Of a stretch of DNA of 64,000 bases, positions 1-11,092 are shown in pieces (within the stretch, counting starts at the first letter, position 1; the number at the start of each line of letters is the position of its first letter). Source of the DNA: Mobula hypostoma (lineage: Eukaryota); the NCBI RefSeq assembly GCF_963921235.1, contig NC_086100.1:200758001-200822000 (forward strand), given 5' to 3'. The notes below the pieces were generated by a model, which worked only from the letters and a program-made list of their open reading frames with translations, was not told where the DNA came from and searched no databases. The translations under genes were made by a program, and so were the position numbers.

Positions 1-2170
1 CGGTCATGAGTTTATCAGGGGTGTAACCATTTGAAGATGTCACTGTATTCCTTATAATCATCAAGGCATGAGGCAAAACTACTTGCCATGTTGTTGCACC
101 ATTTTTGCAATCATATTTTTTAGTGTTCAATTCATCCTTTCCACAATTCCACTGGACTGTGGTCTATAGGGTATATGAAATCTCTGCTTGATCCCTAAAA
201 GTGCCATGACGCCTTGCATTATCTGGGCCGTGAAATGTGTGCCTTGATCCGATTCGATACTCTGGGGTAATCCTCAGTGAGTAAATATCCTTTCCAGTAA
301 GATTTTTGCAGTGGCCTTTGCGGTGTTTGTCTTAGCCGGGAAAGCTTCCACCTACTTCGTAAAATTATCTATTACTACCAGAATATATTTTTACCCTCCA
401 GGGGTGAATGGTAAGAGACCAACATAATCTATCGGCAATTGGTCTGGTGTGTCGAAGGGCTCCTTTCTTTACATTTCTATCAGGATTATATTGTGCACGA
501 ATCAAGCAATTTTTGACATAATGCTCCACATCATCCTTCCTCTTGGGCCACCAGCCCACTTCCTTGATCTTTTCCAGGGAGCTTCCACACCCCTGGTGTC
601 CCCGTAAATCATGGAACCAATGGATCATCTGCTTTCTTCCTCCCTCTGGAATCACAAACTTTTCTTCATGAAGGACAACTCCAACTTTGACAAACACTCC
701 CTCGTGCTCTTTGTATATTTCAGACCCTGCGCCTTCTATCAATTTTTAAAATTCTTTATCTTTCTTCTGCTCCTCTGTTAAATCCATAACCTTAATCTCT
801 TGTTCTTTCTGCCTCCCAATCTCCCCAATCTGTGGCTGCCATTCCTGCCCGGATAAAGCACCTCGCTTTGCCAATTCGCCGGCCTTTCTATTTCCCTCAG
901 GAGATAATTTAGAGTGGACTTTCACATTTACGACTCCATATTCTTTTCCTTTTGCCTCTTCAAATATATATTGCAATAAAGCAGCAGATGGGAGGGGCTT
1001 TCCGTCAGCTGAAACAAACCCCCCGGCTTCCCACAGAGGGAAATGTTCAGTAAGGCTGTTACAAACGTACATACTATCAGTGTATGACTGACCCAGGCAG
1101 AAAACGTTCTGTGTGGCTGACCACAAATACCACAGCTGCCAATTCTGCTGCCTGTGCACTGATGGTAACTTTAAAGCTACACTATGCCTTTCCTGGCCAT
1201 GTCCATCCTCGACATACATGCCACACCCAGCTCTCCTCTCACCCTCCTGTACTGATGAAGACCCATCTACAAAAATTTTAAAGTAGGCTTTTTCTTTTTT
1301 CTTTGTGTCTTTGTTCTCAGTCATTACCTTATCTGATCTGCTTCCACGCCCTCCTTTTTGTTTCAGTACAATTGGGCCCTTGGGATCATTTGCTATCAAG
1401 TGTGTTCTGTCAGTATTGTAAATGGATTAAGTTCCACTATGTAGGCGAAATGTCATGCCGCCCAGAAAAACACTAAGAAGAGTTTTACCCATTCTACTGG
1501 TGAGACCATGCGTGATGCATACGCTACTGGTCTTAACTTCCCATGCGTCTCCTGTGACAGGACTGCTGAGAGAGTGGTTTCAGTTGTGACCACCTCCAAT
1601 GAGAATTGCTCATTCGGATTTGGAGTTTTTAAAGCAGGCGCAGTGGCCAATGCTTGATTCAGAGCTGTGATGGCCTGGGTGTGCTCTGATTTCCATCCCC
1701 ACACTACATTCTTTTTCAGTAACACTATTAAAGGAGGTGCCTTAGTGGAAAATCCATCAATGTGATCTCTACAGTATCCTACCAGCCCCAGAAAGGACCA
1801 CAGCACTTTCAGGTCTCGGGGAATAGGAGTTTCAAAACCAATTCTACTCTTCGCTTATCAATTTCTCTTTTCCCCAGTGTCAAGATCATTCCCAAATAAC
1901 TAACTTCTTGTTTCATCACCTGTGTTTTTTTATGGTTTACCTTTAGTCCCAATGCAAGTAATAATTACAGCAGCTCTGTCAATAGCTGATAATGTTCCTG
2001 CTTGTTTTCGGTCTGCAGGAGTAGATCATCTACATATTGTACCAAGCACTCGGGTTTTGAGAACCATTGTAACCCTTCTGCTAAATGCTGGTGAAATATA
2101 GATGGGGAATTCTGTGGTAGGGCAGTCCATGTATACTGCTGTCCCTGAAACTGTCAACTTGTATTGACAC

Positions 2171-5100
2171 ACATCAAAGTTGCTGGTGAACGCAGCAGGC
2201 CAAGCAGCATCTATAGGAAGAGGCGCAGTCGACGTTTCAGGCCGAGACCCTTCGTCAGGACTAACTGAAGGAAGAGTGAGTAAGGGATTTGAAAGCTGGA
2301 GGGGGAGGGGGAGATGCAAAATGATAGGAGAAGACAGGAGGGGGAGGGATGGAGCCGAGAGCTGGACAGGTGATAGGCAGAAGGGGACACGAGAGGATCA
2401 TGGGACAGGAGGTCCGGGAAGAAAGACGGGGGGGGGGTGACCCAGAGGATGGGCAAGAGGTATATTCAGAGGGACAGAGGGAGAAAAAGGAGAGTGAGAG
2501 AAAGAATGTGTGCATAAAAAAGAGTAACAGATGGGGTACGAGGGGGAGGTGGGGCCTAGCGGAAGTTAGAGAAGTCAATGTTCATGCCATCAGGTTGGAG
2601 GCTACCCATACGGAATATAAGGTGTTGTTCCTCCAACCTGAGTGTGGCTTCATCTTTACAGTACAGGAGGCCGTGGATAGACATGTCAGAATGGGAATGG
2701 GATGTGGAATTAAAATGTGTGGCCACTGGGAGATCCTGCTTTCTCTGGTGGACAGAGCGTAGATGTTCAGCAAAGCGGTCTCCCAGTCTGCGTCGGGTCT
2801 CACCAATATATAAAAGGCCACATCGGGAGCACCGGACGCAGTATATCACCCCAGTCGACTCACAGGTGAAGTGATGCCTCACCTGGAAGGACTGTTTGGG
2901 GCCCTGAATGGTGGTAAGGGAGGAAGTGTAAGGGCATGTGTAGCACTTGTTCCGCTTACACGGATAAGTGCCAGGAGGGAGATCAGTGGGGAGGGATGGG
3001 GGGGACGAATGGACAAGGGAGTTGTGTAGGGAGCGATCCCTGCGGAAAGCAGAGGGGGGGGAGGGAAAGATATGCTTAGTGGTGGGATCCCGTTGGAGGT
3101 GGCGGAAGTTACGGAGAATAATATGTTGGACCCGGAGGCTGGTGGGGTGGTAGGTGAGGACCAGGGGAACCCTATTCCTAGTGGGGTGGTGGGAGGATGG
3201 AGTGAGAGCAGATGTACGTGAAATGGGGGAGATGCGTTTAAGAGCAGAGTTGATAGTGGAGGAAGGGAAGCCCCTTTCTTTAAAAAATGAAGACATCTCC
3301 CTCGTCCTAGAATGAAAAGCCTCATCCTGAGAGCAGATGCGGCGGAGACGGAGGAATTGCGAGAAGGGGATGGCGTTTTTGCAAGAGACAGGGTGAGAAG
3401 AGGAATAGTCCAGATAGCTGTGAGAGTCAGTAGGCTTATAGTAGACATCAGTGGATAAGCTGTCTCCAGAGACAGAGACAGAAAGATCTAGAAAGGGGAG
3501 GGAGGTGTCGGAAATGGACCAGGTAAACTTGAGGGCAGGGTGAAAGTTGGAGGCAAAGTTAATAAAGTCAACGAGTTCTGCATACGTGCAGGAAGCAGCG
3601 CCAATGCAGTCGTCGATGTAGCGAAGGAAAAGTGGGGGACAGATACCAGAATAGGCACGGAACATAGATTGTTCCACAAACCCAACAAAAAGGCAGGCAT
3701 AGCTAGGACCCATACGGGTGCCCATAGCTACACCTTTAGTTTGGAGGAAATGGGAGGAGCAAAAGGAGAAATTATTAAGAGTAAGGACTAATTCTGCTAG
3801 ACGGAGCAGAGTGGTGGTAGAGGGGAACTGATTAGGTCTGGAATCCAAAAAGAAGCGTAGAGCTTTGAGACCTTCCTGATGGGGGATGGAAGTATATAAG
3901 GACTGGACATCCATGGTGAAAATAAAGCGGTGGGGGCCGGGGAACTTAAAATCATCGAAAAGTTTAAGAGCGTGAGAAGTGTCACGAACATAGGTCGGAA
4001 GGGATTGAACAAGGGGTGATAAAACAGTGTCGAGGTATGCAGAAACGAGTTCGGTGGGGCAGGAGCAAGCTGAGACATAGGTCGGCCAGGACAGGCAGGT
4101 TTGTGGATCTTGGGTAGGAGGTAGAAACGGGAAGTGCGGGGTGTGGGAACTATAAGGTTGGTAGCAGTGGATGGGAGATCCCCTGAGCTGATAAAGTCGG
4201 TGATGGTGTGGGAGACACTGGCCTGGTGCTCCTTAGTGGGGTCACGATCGAGGGGTAAATAAGAGGAGGTATCCGCGAGTTGTCGCTGTGCCTCGGCAAG
4301 GTAGAGGTCAGTACGCCAGACGACAACAGCACCCCCTTTATCAGCGGGTTTAATAATAATGTTAGGATTAGTGCGGAGGGAGTGGAGAGCAGAGCGTTCC
4401 GAAGGAGTGAGGTTGGAATGGGGACAAGGTGCGGTGAAGTCGAGACGGTTGATGTCCCGTCGGCAGTTGGCAATAAAGAGATCCAGAGCAGGCAGAAGAC
4501 CAGAGCGGGGTGTCCATGGAGAAGAGGAGGGTTGAAGATGGGAGAAGGGGTCATCGGTGGGGGTGGAAGAGTCCTTGCCGAAGAAGTAGGCTCGGAGACG
4601 GAGACGGCGGAAGAAAAGTTCCGCATCGTGGCGAACACGGAACTCGCTGAGGTGTGGGCGAAGGGGGACAAACGTGAGGCCCTTACTGAGAACAGAGCGT
4701 TCTGCCTCCGACAGTTGAAGGTCGGAGGGGATGGTAAAGACCCGGCACGGATGAGAGCTGGGATCAGAGGGGGGAGAGGGGAGGCTGGGGGTGTCAGTGG
4801 AGAGGGGAGGGTTGGGGTGAGAGGAAGATGGAGCCTCTGAGGGCCCAGGAGCTGACGGTGGGATCTGAGGGAGATGGGGCTGCGGAGTGGTGGTGGGGAA
4901 AGGGGAGACGGGAGTCACAACAGCAGCACATAAAGACCCGGCCTGGAGTTCAAGGCTGGAGTCGCAGTTGGTGGTTGCGCAATCGCTGTGGAGTTGTCCA
5001 TGGTCGTTGCTGGAGTCCGGGTTTTGAATATGTCCTGAGGTGTTGGAGCCGCCGAGATCAATGGCAGGCGCCGCAATTGAAAGTTCATGCTTGCTACCGT

Positions 5101-5525
5101 CGGGGCCGGCAGGCTCTGGAGTCCGTAGATGTAGGATCTTGCGATCTTTGCCTAACATGACAAAGTCAAAAAAACGGCGATTGCAGGCGTGGATCCGACG
5201 GAGGATGAAATAACGGGTAGGACCATTACAGACGGCGAAGAAAGTGTCCCGAAGGTGTGGAAGGGTCTGGGATAGGGACACCAAGTACCTCCTCATGGCG
5301 GAGAGCGTCGCCTTCAGAGCTTGACGGGAGAAGCGGCGAGATGCAGAGTCAATAAAATGTGAGTACCTGGGATCCTCAGAAGGTCCAAATTGAGAGGCTT
5401 GGAAACGAATCCGAAAGCCAACTGGAGTAAGTTGGCGACGGAGGCACGTTCCAAGAAAGGATACATGGCTGTGATAGCGAGTTTGAGTCAAAGTCTGGTC
5501 GAAAAGTTGAAGAGCCGAAGAAATC
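2171..5525 (-). mobile_element. Penelope-like retroelement (RT + GIY-YIG endonuclease) inserted in the proviral RT
   Basis: ORFs 3797-5563 and 2556-3914: KPADKGG, FYLLPKIHK, GVAMGT, FLRYIDDC, VIYCVRCSRCGLLYIGET; one frameshift at ~4080; flanking duplication acttgtattgacac at 2157-2170 and 5526-5539. Confidence 0.93.
2227..2262 (-). ncRNA. Minimal type I hammerhead ribozyme in the Penelope terminal repeat
   Basis: Minus strand: AGTC-CTGACGA-AGG(GTCTCGG)CCT-GAA-ACGT-C-GACT. Stem I AGTC/GACT, CUGAnGA and GAAA cores, 3-bp stem II, palindromic ACGT stem III, GUC cleavage triplet. Confidence 0.85.
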
Positions 5526-8364
5526 ACTTGTATTGACACTCTCTTTCTGGTGGGATAGACCAAAATCCATTATTTATGTCTAAAACTGTGAACCAGTCTG
5601 CTCTTTCATTCTGTTTGACCACTGTCTCCGGGTTAGTTGCTACAGTTGGGGGTGTTAATGGAGTTACTTTATTCAGCTCACAATAGTCTATTGTCAACCT
5701 CCAACTACCATCTGGTTTCCTCACTGGCCATTTGGGTGAGTTGTCAGTGGAGGCTACTAGCCTCAGTCCCCCTTGTTGTCCCAAACTCTGTATTACCTTA
5801 CCAACACCTTCCTCACTTTTTTGGGAAACCCATATTGCTTCTGTGGTTTGGGGTCTGGACCTTGTATGCACACACTGCCAGCCATCTTTCTGCAGTCATG
5901 CATGTACCGTGCAAATGCCCCTGAGTTCTGTGCGATCATTTGCTGCAGCATCTGATCACTGCTCATCTCCGGTTCGATCCACATCTCACCCATTGTGCAG
6001 ATTCTATCCTGATATTCTCCCGCTGGGATCTGCAGCTGGTGGATGTTACTCATGTCTGTTGGCATCCCTAATTCATACAATTAACTAGTCTAAACAAAGC
6101 CCCGCTTTGGCCATATAGTCACTCCCCAGTATGTGTTCCTGCTCCCTGGGTAAGTCCACCAACACTACTGACTGTTCCAGTGCTACGTGTCCTATCCTTA
6201 CTTCCAATGGTACACTCACATGTCCCACTTGCGAATGTCCTGTGAATCCACTAGGGATCATTTTACCTTGTGTCTCCCAATTTACCTTATTTATATTATG
6301 GTGTTGATGGTGGTTCTTGATCCTCCAGTGTCCCATAAGAAGGTAACAGGGCAGCCTCTGACCCTACCACTCACTGGAGGTCTCCCGGTTTCATCCCACC
6401 TTGTGTCACACAGCCATGTTGGTGAGGCCTGACACCATCATTGAAGCTCAGGTTCAATTCCCTGGATGGTGGTGTCTTCACCACGTTATTTGTGGGCTCC
6501 ATCGTTCTGGCCCCTGCAAGGGCAAACTATCTTGCTCTGTTCTTATTCGTCTCAGGTTTGGACATTCTCTCTTAATGTGCCCCTCTTGACCACAGTTATA
6601 ACATTTGATTACTCCATCTTCAGTTCTCCCTGTTCCTGGCCCTGTTCCGTTTCCTCTGCCCTTCCTTGCCCCTTGATGGTATGGCAGGGAGACCCTCAGG
6701 GTGCGTCCCCTACCCTCATTTCTCCAGGCAGGTGCCTGACTTTTACCAGGCATCACCTTCCCATTAGAGAGTTTAGATGATCTTTGCGTCTCCTTTTCCC
6801 ACGCTCTACACATTTTCCTCAGTACCCATGCCTCAGTCTGTGTGGGCTCAGGAGGATCAAATATTTCCATGCCTTTTTAGATTCATCGGTACAGGGGGCG
6901 ACCAGTGTTCTCAATCGTCTATTTGATGCCTCTGGTCCTAAAAGGTCCCACTCTAATGCTGTCCCATAAACCCCTTGGAACACAGTCCATAAACGGGATG
7001 CAAGTGCAGTGGGATGTTCACCTCTCCTCTGGTAACATTTGCCTAACGCGTCTACCCAGTTCCCTCTGTTAACTCCCATAACAGTCATTACTGCGTTTTT
7101 CAGTTCCTCACTCGTTCCCCCACCATGTCATTGTATATCTGGCAAAGCTGGGTGTATATTTGGGTGTAAACACATTGTAATCAATTTCCTTTCCTCAGAG
7201 TCGTCTGGGCCACATATTATTCTCTGATGACTAGTTGCTTGGGAAAGCTCTCGAGGATCGTCTCCGAGCACACATGTCCCGATATCTTTAGCAATACCTC
7301 TAAGGTGCTGTACCCCGAACGGTGTGGTGTGAGTTACATTCTGATTTTTATTTTCTCCCCTGGCTCCCCGGCTCTCTGATAGTAACTAGGGGTGCCAATC
7401 GCGCAGACGGCAGCACCAGTGTCGTTGGTAGGGTGTCGGTGGAAGTTCCTTGGGAAATGGTGCTTCATAATTATCATAACCGTATCTAGTAGCTTCATCT
7501 GCTAAGTCATGCCAATCAATGTCTCCATATTCACCTTCCCCCCCTTCTTCTGATCCAAAAGCACATATTATACCTCGCTGTGCCACAAGTTGGTCCTGCA
7601 GCTTTTGAATGTGCTTTAAACACTTTGCATGATCTCCTGTGTTACTCATCTTTTCCTGTGCTGATTCCTGAATCACATTCATAGCCATCTTCAAATCACT
7701 GCACTGTTTCCTTAATCCTTCCACTTCATCCTTCACCAGTACAGCTGCTTCCTCTCGTTTACTTTTCTCTTTAAGTAATTTCTCACACTTCAATTGAAAC
7801 TGGTCCCATATGCATCAAGTCCATCAATTTTGGAAAGTCACGGGATGACGAGTACGCTCCAGTCCACATTAATGGAGACATAGTGGACAGAGTGTCCAGT
7901 TTCAGGTTTCTGGGAATACATATCTCAGAAGACCTTACATGGTCCACTAACACCACAACAATAGTTAAGAAAGCACAGCAATGCTTGTTTTTCCTCAGGA
8001 CGCTGAAGAAATCTGGTCTGCCTGAACAGATGCCGGTGACTTTTTACCGTTGCACTATAGAGAGCAGCTTAACATACTGCATCTCTGTGTGGTATCTCAG
8101 TTGTACATCCGCTGACAGGAAAGCACTTCAGCGGGTCGTCTCAAGCGCACAGAAGATCATCGGGACACAGCTCCCAGCCCTGGAGGACACCTACAGCTCT
8201 CACTGCCTACGGAAAGCTACAAGCATCTGTAAGGACAATACACACCCATGCAATCATCTGTTTGAACTTCTTCCATCTGGCAGACGTTATAAGATTTTCT
8301 ATGCCTGCACTTCCAGACTGAAAAATAGCTTTTTCCCCAGAGCTATAATTGCTCTGAACCAATC

Positions 8365-8589
8365 ATAGAAACATAGAAACATAGAAAATAGGTGCAGGAG
8401 TAGGCCATTCGGCCCTTCGAGCCTGCACCACCATTTATTATGATCATGGCTGATCATCCAACTCAGAACCCCGCCCCAGCCTTCCCTCCATACCCCCTGA
8501 CCCCCGTAGCCACAAGGGCCATATCTAACTCCCTCTTAAATATAGCCAATGAACTGGCCTCAACAGTTTCCTGTGGCAGAAACTGGCAG
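8365..8589 (-). mobile_element. CR1 3' fragment
   Basis: (acatagaa)n tail and 3' UTR near-identical to the copies at 14636 and 30185; candidate TSD aatc. Confidence 0.85.
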
Positions 8590-8720
8590 AATCGATCAAG
8601 CATCGTCCATAAATTTGTTATATTGCTACTTTAATACTGGTTTTATGGCCGTCATGCATCTGAATTGCATTTTTGTCCTGCTGGACATTGCTTGTACTGG
8701 CTGGTTACCTGATTTTATTT

Positions 8721-9617
8721 AGTCATAGTCATAGTCATAGTCATACTTTATTGATCCCGGGGGAAAATGGTTTTCGTTACAGTTGCACCATAACTAACTT
8801 AAAAGTAATAAAACCATAAATAGTTAAATAGTAATATGTAAATTATGCCAGGAAATAAGTCCAGGACCAGCCTATTGGCTCAGGGTGTCTGACCCTCCAA
8901 GGGAGGAGTTGTAAAGTTTGATGGCCACAGGCAGGAATGACTTCCTATGACGCTCTGTGCTGCATCTCGGAGGAATGAGTCTCTGGCTGAATGTACTCCT
9001 GTGCTCACCCAGTACATTATGTAGTGGATGGGAGACAATGTCCAAGATGGCATGCAACTTGGATAGTATCCTCTTTTCAGACACCACCGTCAGATAGTCC
9101 AGTTCCATCCCCACAACATCACTGGCCTTACGAATGAGTTTGTTGATTCTGTTGGTGTCTGCTACCCTCAGCCTGCTGCCCCAGCACACAACAGCAACCA
9201 TGATAGCACTGGCCACCACAGACTCGTAGAACATCCTCAGCATCGTCCGGCAGATGTTAAAGGACCTCAGTCTCCTCAGGAAATAGAGACGGCTCTGACC
9301 CTTCTTGTAGATAGCCTCAGTGTTCTTTGACCAGTCCAGTTTATTGTCAATTCGTATCCCCAGGTATTTGTAATCCTCCACCATGTCCACACTGACCCCC
9401 TGGATGGAAACAGGGGTCACCGGTACCTTAGCTCTCCTCAGGTCTACCACCAGCTCCTTAGTCTTTTTCACATTAAGCTGCAGATAACTCTGCTCACACC
9501 ATGTGACAAAGTTTCCTTCTGTAGCCCTGTACTCAGCCTCATCTCCCTTGCTGATGCATCCAATTATGGCAGAGTCATCCGAAAACTTCTGAAGATGACA
9601 AGACTCTGTGCAGTAGT
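8721..9617 (-). mobile_element. Rex1/L2-type LINE 3' fragment
   Basis: ORF 8872-9471 (KTKELVVD, YKYLG, KGQSRLYFLRRLRSFN); (agtcat)n tail at 8721-8745. Confidence 0.85.
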
Positions 9618-10221
9618 TTATTTATTTTATTTGTTGTTTTATAGCATTGAGTATGAGAGTTGCAAACTCATTTGCGGTGTATTGGTGCATGACAAATTGT
9701 ACTATGCAATGACAATAAAGATATTTCAATTCCAGTACCTCTCTGACCCTGTAAATCAGCAACCCTCTCCACCTCCTTCTGGAGCCTTTTGCGTTCTCCT
9801 TCTAACCTATCTCGCTCAGCTTCTGCTTTATGCTGACATTCATTTTCCGATTCTAATCTATGCCGTTCTGCCTGAGCAGTCTGTCGTAATTCCACCAAAT
9901 CCTCAATTAAACAGCCAACCGCTACTGGCTTTTGTAATTGTCTGAACTTCCTGCTCGGCAGCTTCCCTTGGGCGATTTTCCGTAGAGCATCACCAGCAGT
10001 TTTCCCTTCACAGACAAACACCTCATATTGTGGCCACTTAGCCAACACATCTTTCTGGAGGCATCCCCTTCAATCAAAACACTCCAAGTCCTGTGGACTT
10101 GCAGAATTTCCTGAATTCTTCATCCTGGGTCAGCAACCGCTAACTACCCAGCCCCAGATCCCTCTGTATCTCACCCACATGGTTCAACTCAAGTCAGCTG
10201 CTGAAAAAAAGAGATTTATCC

Positions 10222-10243
10222 TCGAACCCACTCAGGGATGCCA
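10222..10243 (-). promoter_or_regulatory. Primer-binding site, tRNA-Asn type
   Basis: TGGCATCCCTGAGTGGGTTCGA, 4 nt after the LTR; near-complement of the vertebrate tRNA-Asn(GTT) 3' end (TGGCGTCCCTGGGTGGGCTCGA, recalled from memory). Confidence 0.75.
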
Positions 10244-10247
10244 ATTC

Positions 10248-11092
10248 TGTTACAAAAATCACCCCTTCTAATAATGATTGGTGAGGTACAGAAAATCTGT
10301 ATTTAACAACAAGTATCTTTTATTGTTTCACGTGGGTTCACAAGCTGTCTCCGTGTGCACCATGCTAGAATTCCCTGACAGTCCATGAACAGTCAATGCA
10401 GACAAAAAGATATTATCCGGGAAAGGAGTCTACGCTGGCCAGGTTCCTCATGGTCCCGGTCTCCACATGTCCGTGGGGTCCTCCTTATCAGCGATGGTCG
10501 GTCTCTGGTTGCTGGAGAGTTATCGCCCCTGTGTATTTGAGCTCCTGAGTCTCGTACTGTTCCTAATCCACTGAACCACTGGATCTCCACCTCATTGGCT
10601 CAATCTCACCTGACCTACCTGGGTCACCCTCTTACTGGTCATTGTACAGAGCTACAGCCAACATTGTTTCATGGCTCTGCCCACCCCAGCCTTGTGTATT
10701 TGTGTCCTTACACTCTGACTGGTCCAAACCAGTGAAATGAGGCAACCCAGACAGAGTCTAATGAGATTACCAATTGCAGGTCTGGCATTTTACATAACAA
10801 GTCGCTACTCCTCTGAGAATGGTCTCAGATTTATTGCTCTGATTAGATTGTCCCAGAGCAAGGATCAGTTCAGAGTCCATCCTCTTTACAGAACAAATGG
10901 CTACTTGTTTGAGAATGGTCTCCAGTTCAGCAGATCATTACCTGAAGCTTCCTGTGTCCACATTCAGCTGCTCTGATTAGATTATCCCAGAGCAAGAAAC
11001 TGTTTAGAGTCCACAAAATGGGGGGAAACAAAGACAACTGGCTAGTCTACTTCCCCTGTCCTTGATCAGACTGCAGTTTCTTTTGGCCAAAA
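10248..11092 (-). repeat. 5' LTR of the retrovirus-like provirus
   Basis: Ends in TAACA next to the PBS; AATAAA on minus at ~10319-10324; internal direct repeats (gctctgattagatt[g/a]tcccagagcaag at ~10837 and ~10970; gagaatggtctc twice); outer boundary set by similarity to the solo LTR end at 26747-26755. Confidence 0.75.

Larger units (their letters stand above)
7807..9730 (+). mobile_element. 5'-truncated L2/Rex1-type LINE inserted in gag, carrying two nested insertions
   Basis: ORF 7883-8368 (FRFLGIHISEDLTWS...KKAQQ.LFFLR...RLKNSFFP); 3' tail aataaagatatttcaat. Removing it restores the gag frame VREVLD|QFQLKCE (shared tcc at 7804-7806 and 9731-9733). Confidence 0.85.
1..11092 (-). mobile_element. 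Decayed retrovirus-like provirus (loki/spuma-like, dual RNase H), truncated by the left window edge
   Basis: Order on minus: LTR 11092-10248, PBS, gag (coiled coil; CYNCGQEGHIKRECP knuckle ~6570-6615), protease (FLWDTGGS ~6330), RT (WPVRKPDGSWRLTIDY, LDINNGFWSIP, YTWTALPQ, QYVDDLLL ~2025), tether (FSLEV...LRPVAYASR), RNase H (FVDGSS, YTDSMYV, KVHSK..GNRKA), IN (HHCC-like, DSDQGTHF, PYRPQSSGIVER). Many stops and frameshifts. Confidence 0.85.

Noticed and set aside
2879..5160. Alternative-frame and antisense ORFs in the Penelope element
   Set aside because: Low-complexity by-products of the biased composition of the real ORF.
10222..10243. tRNA gene
   Set aside because: Only a 3'-end complement next to an LTR, i.e. 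a PBS; no cloverleaf.
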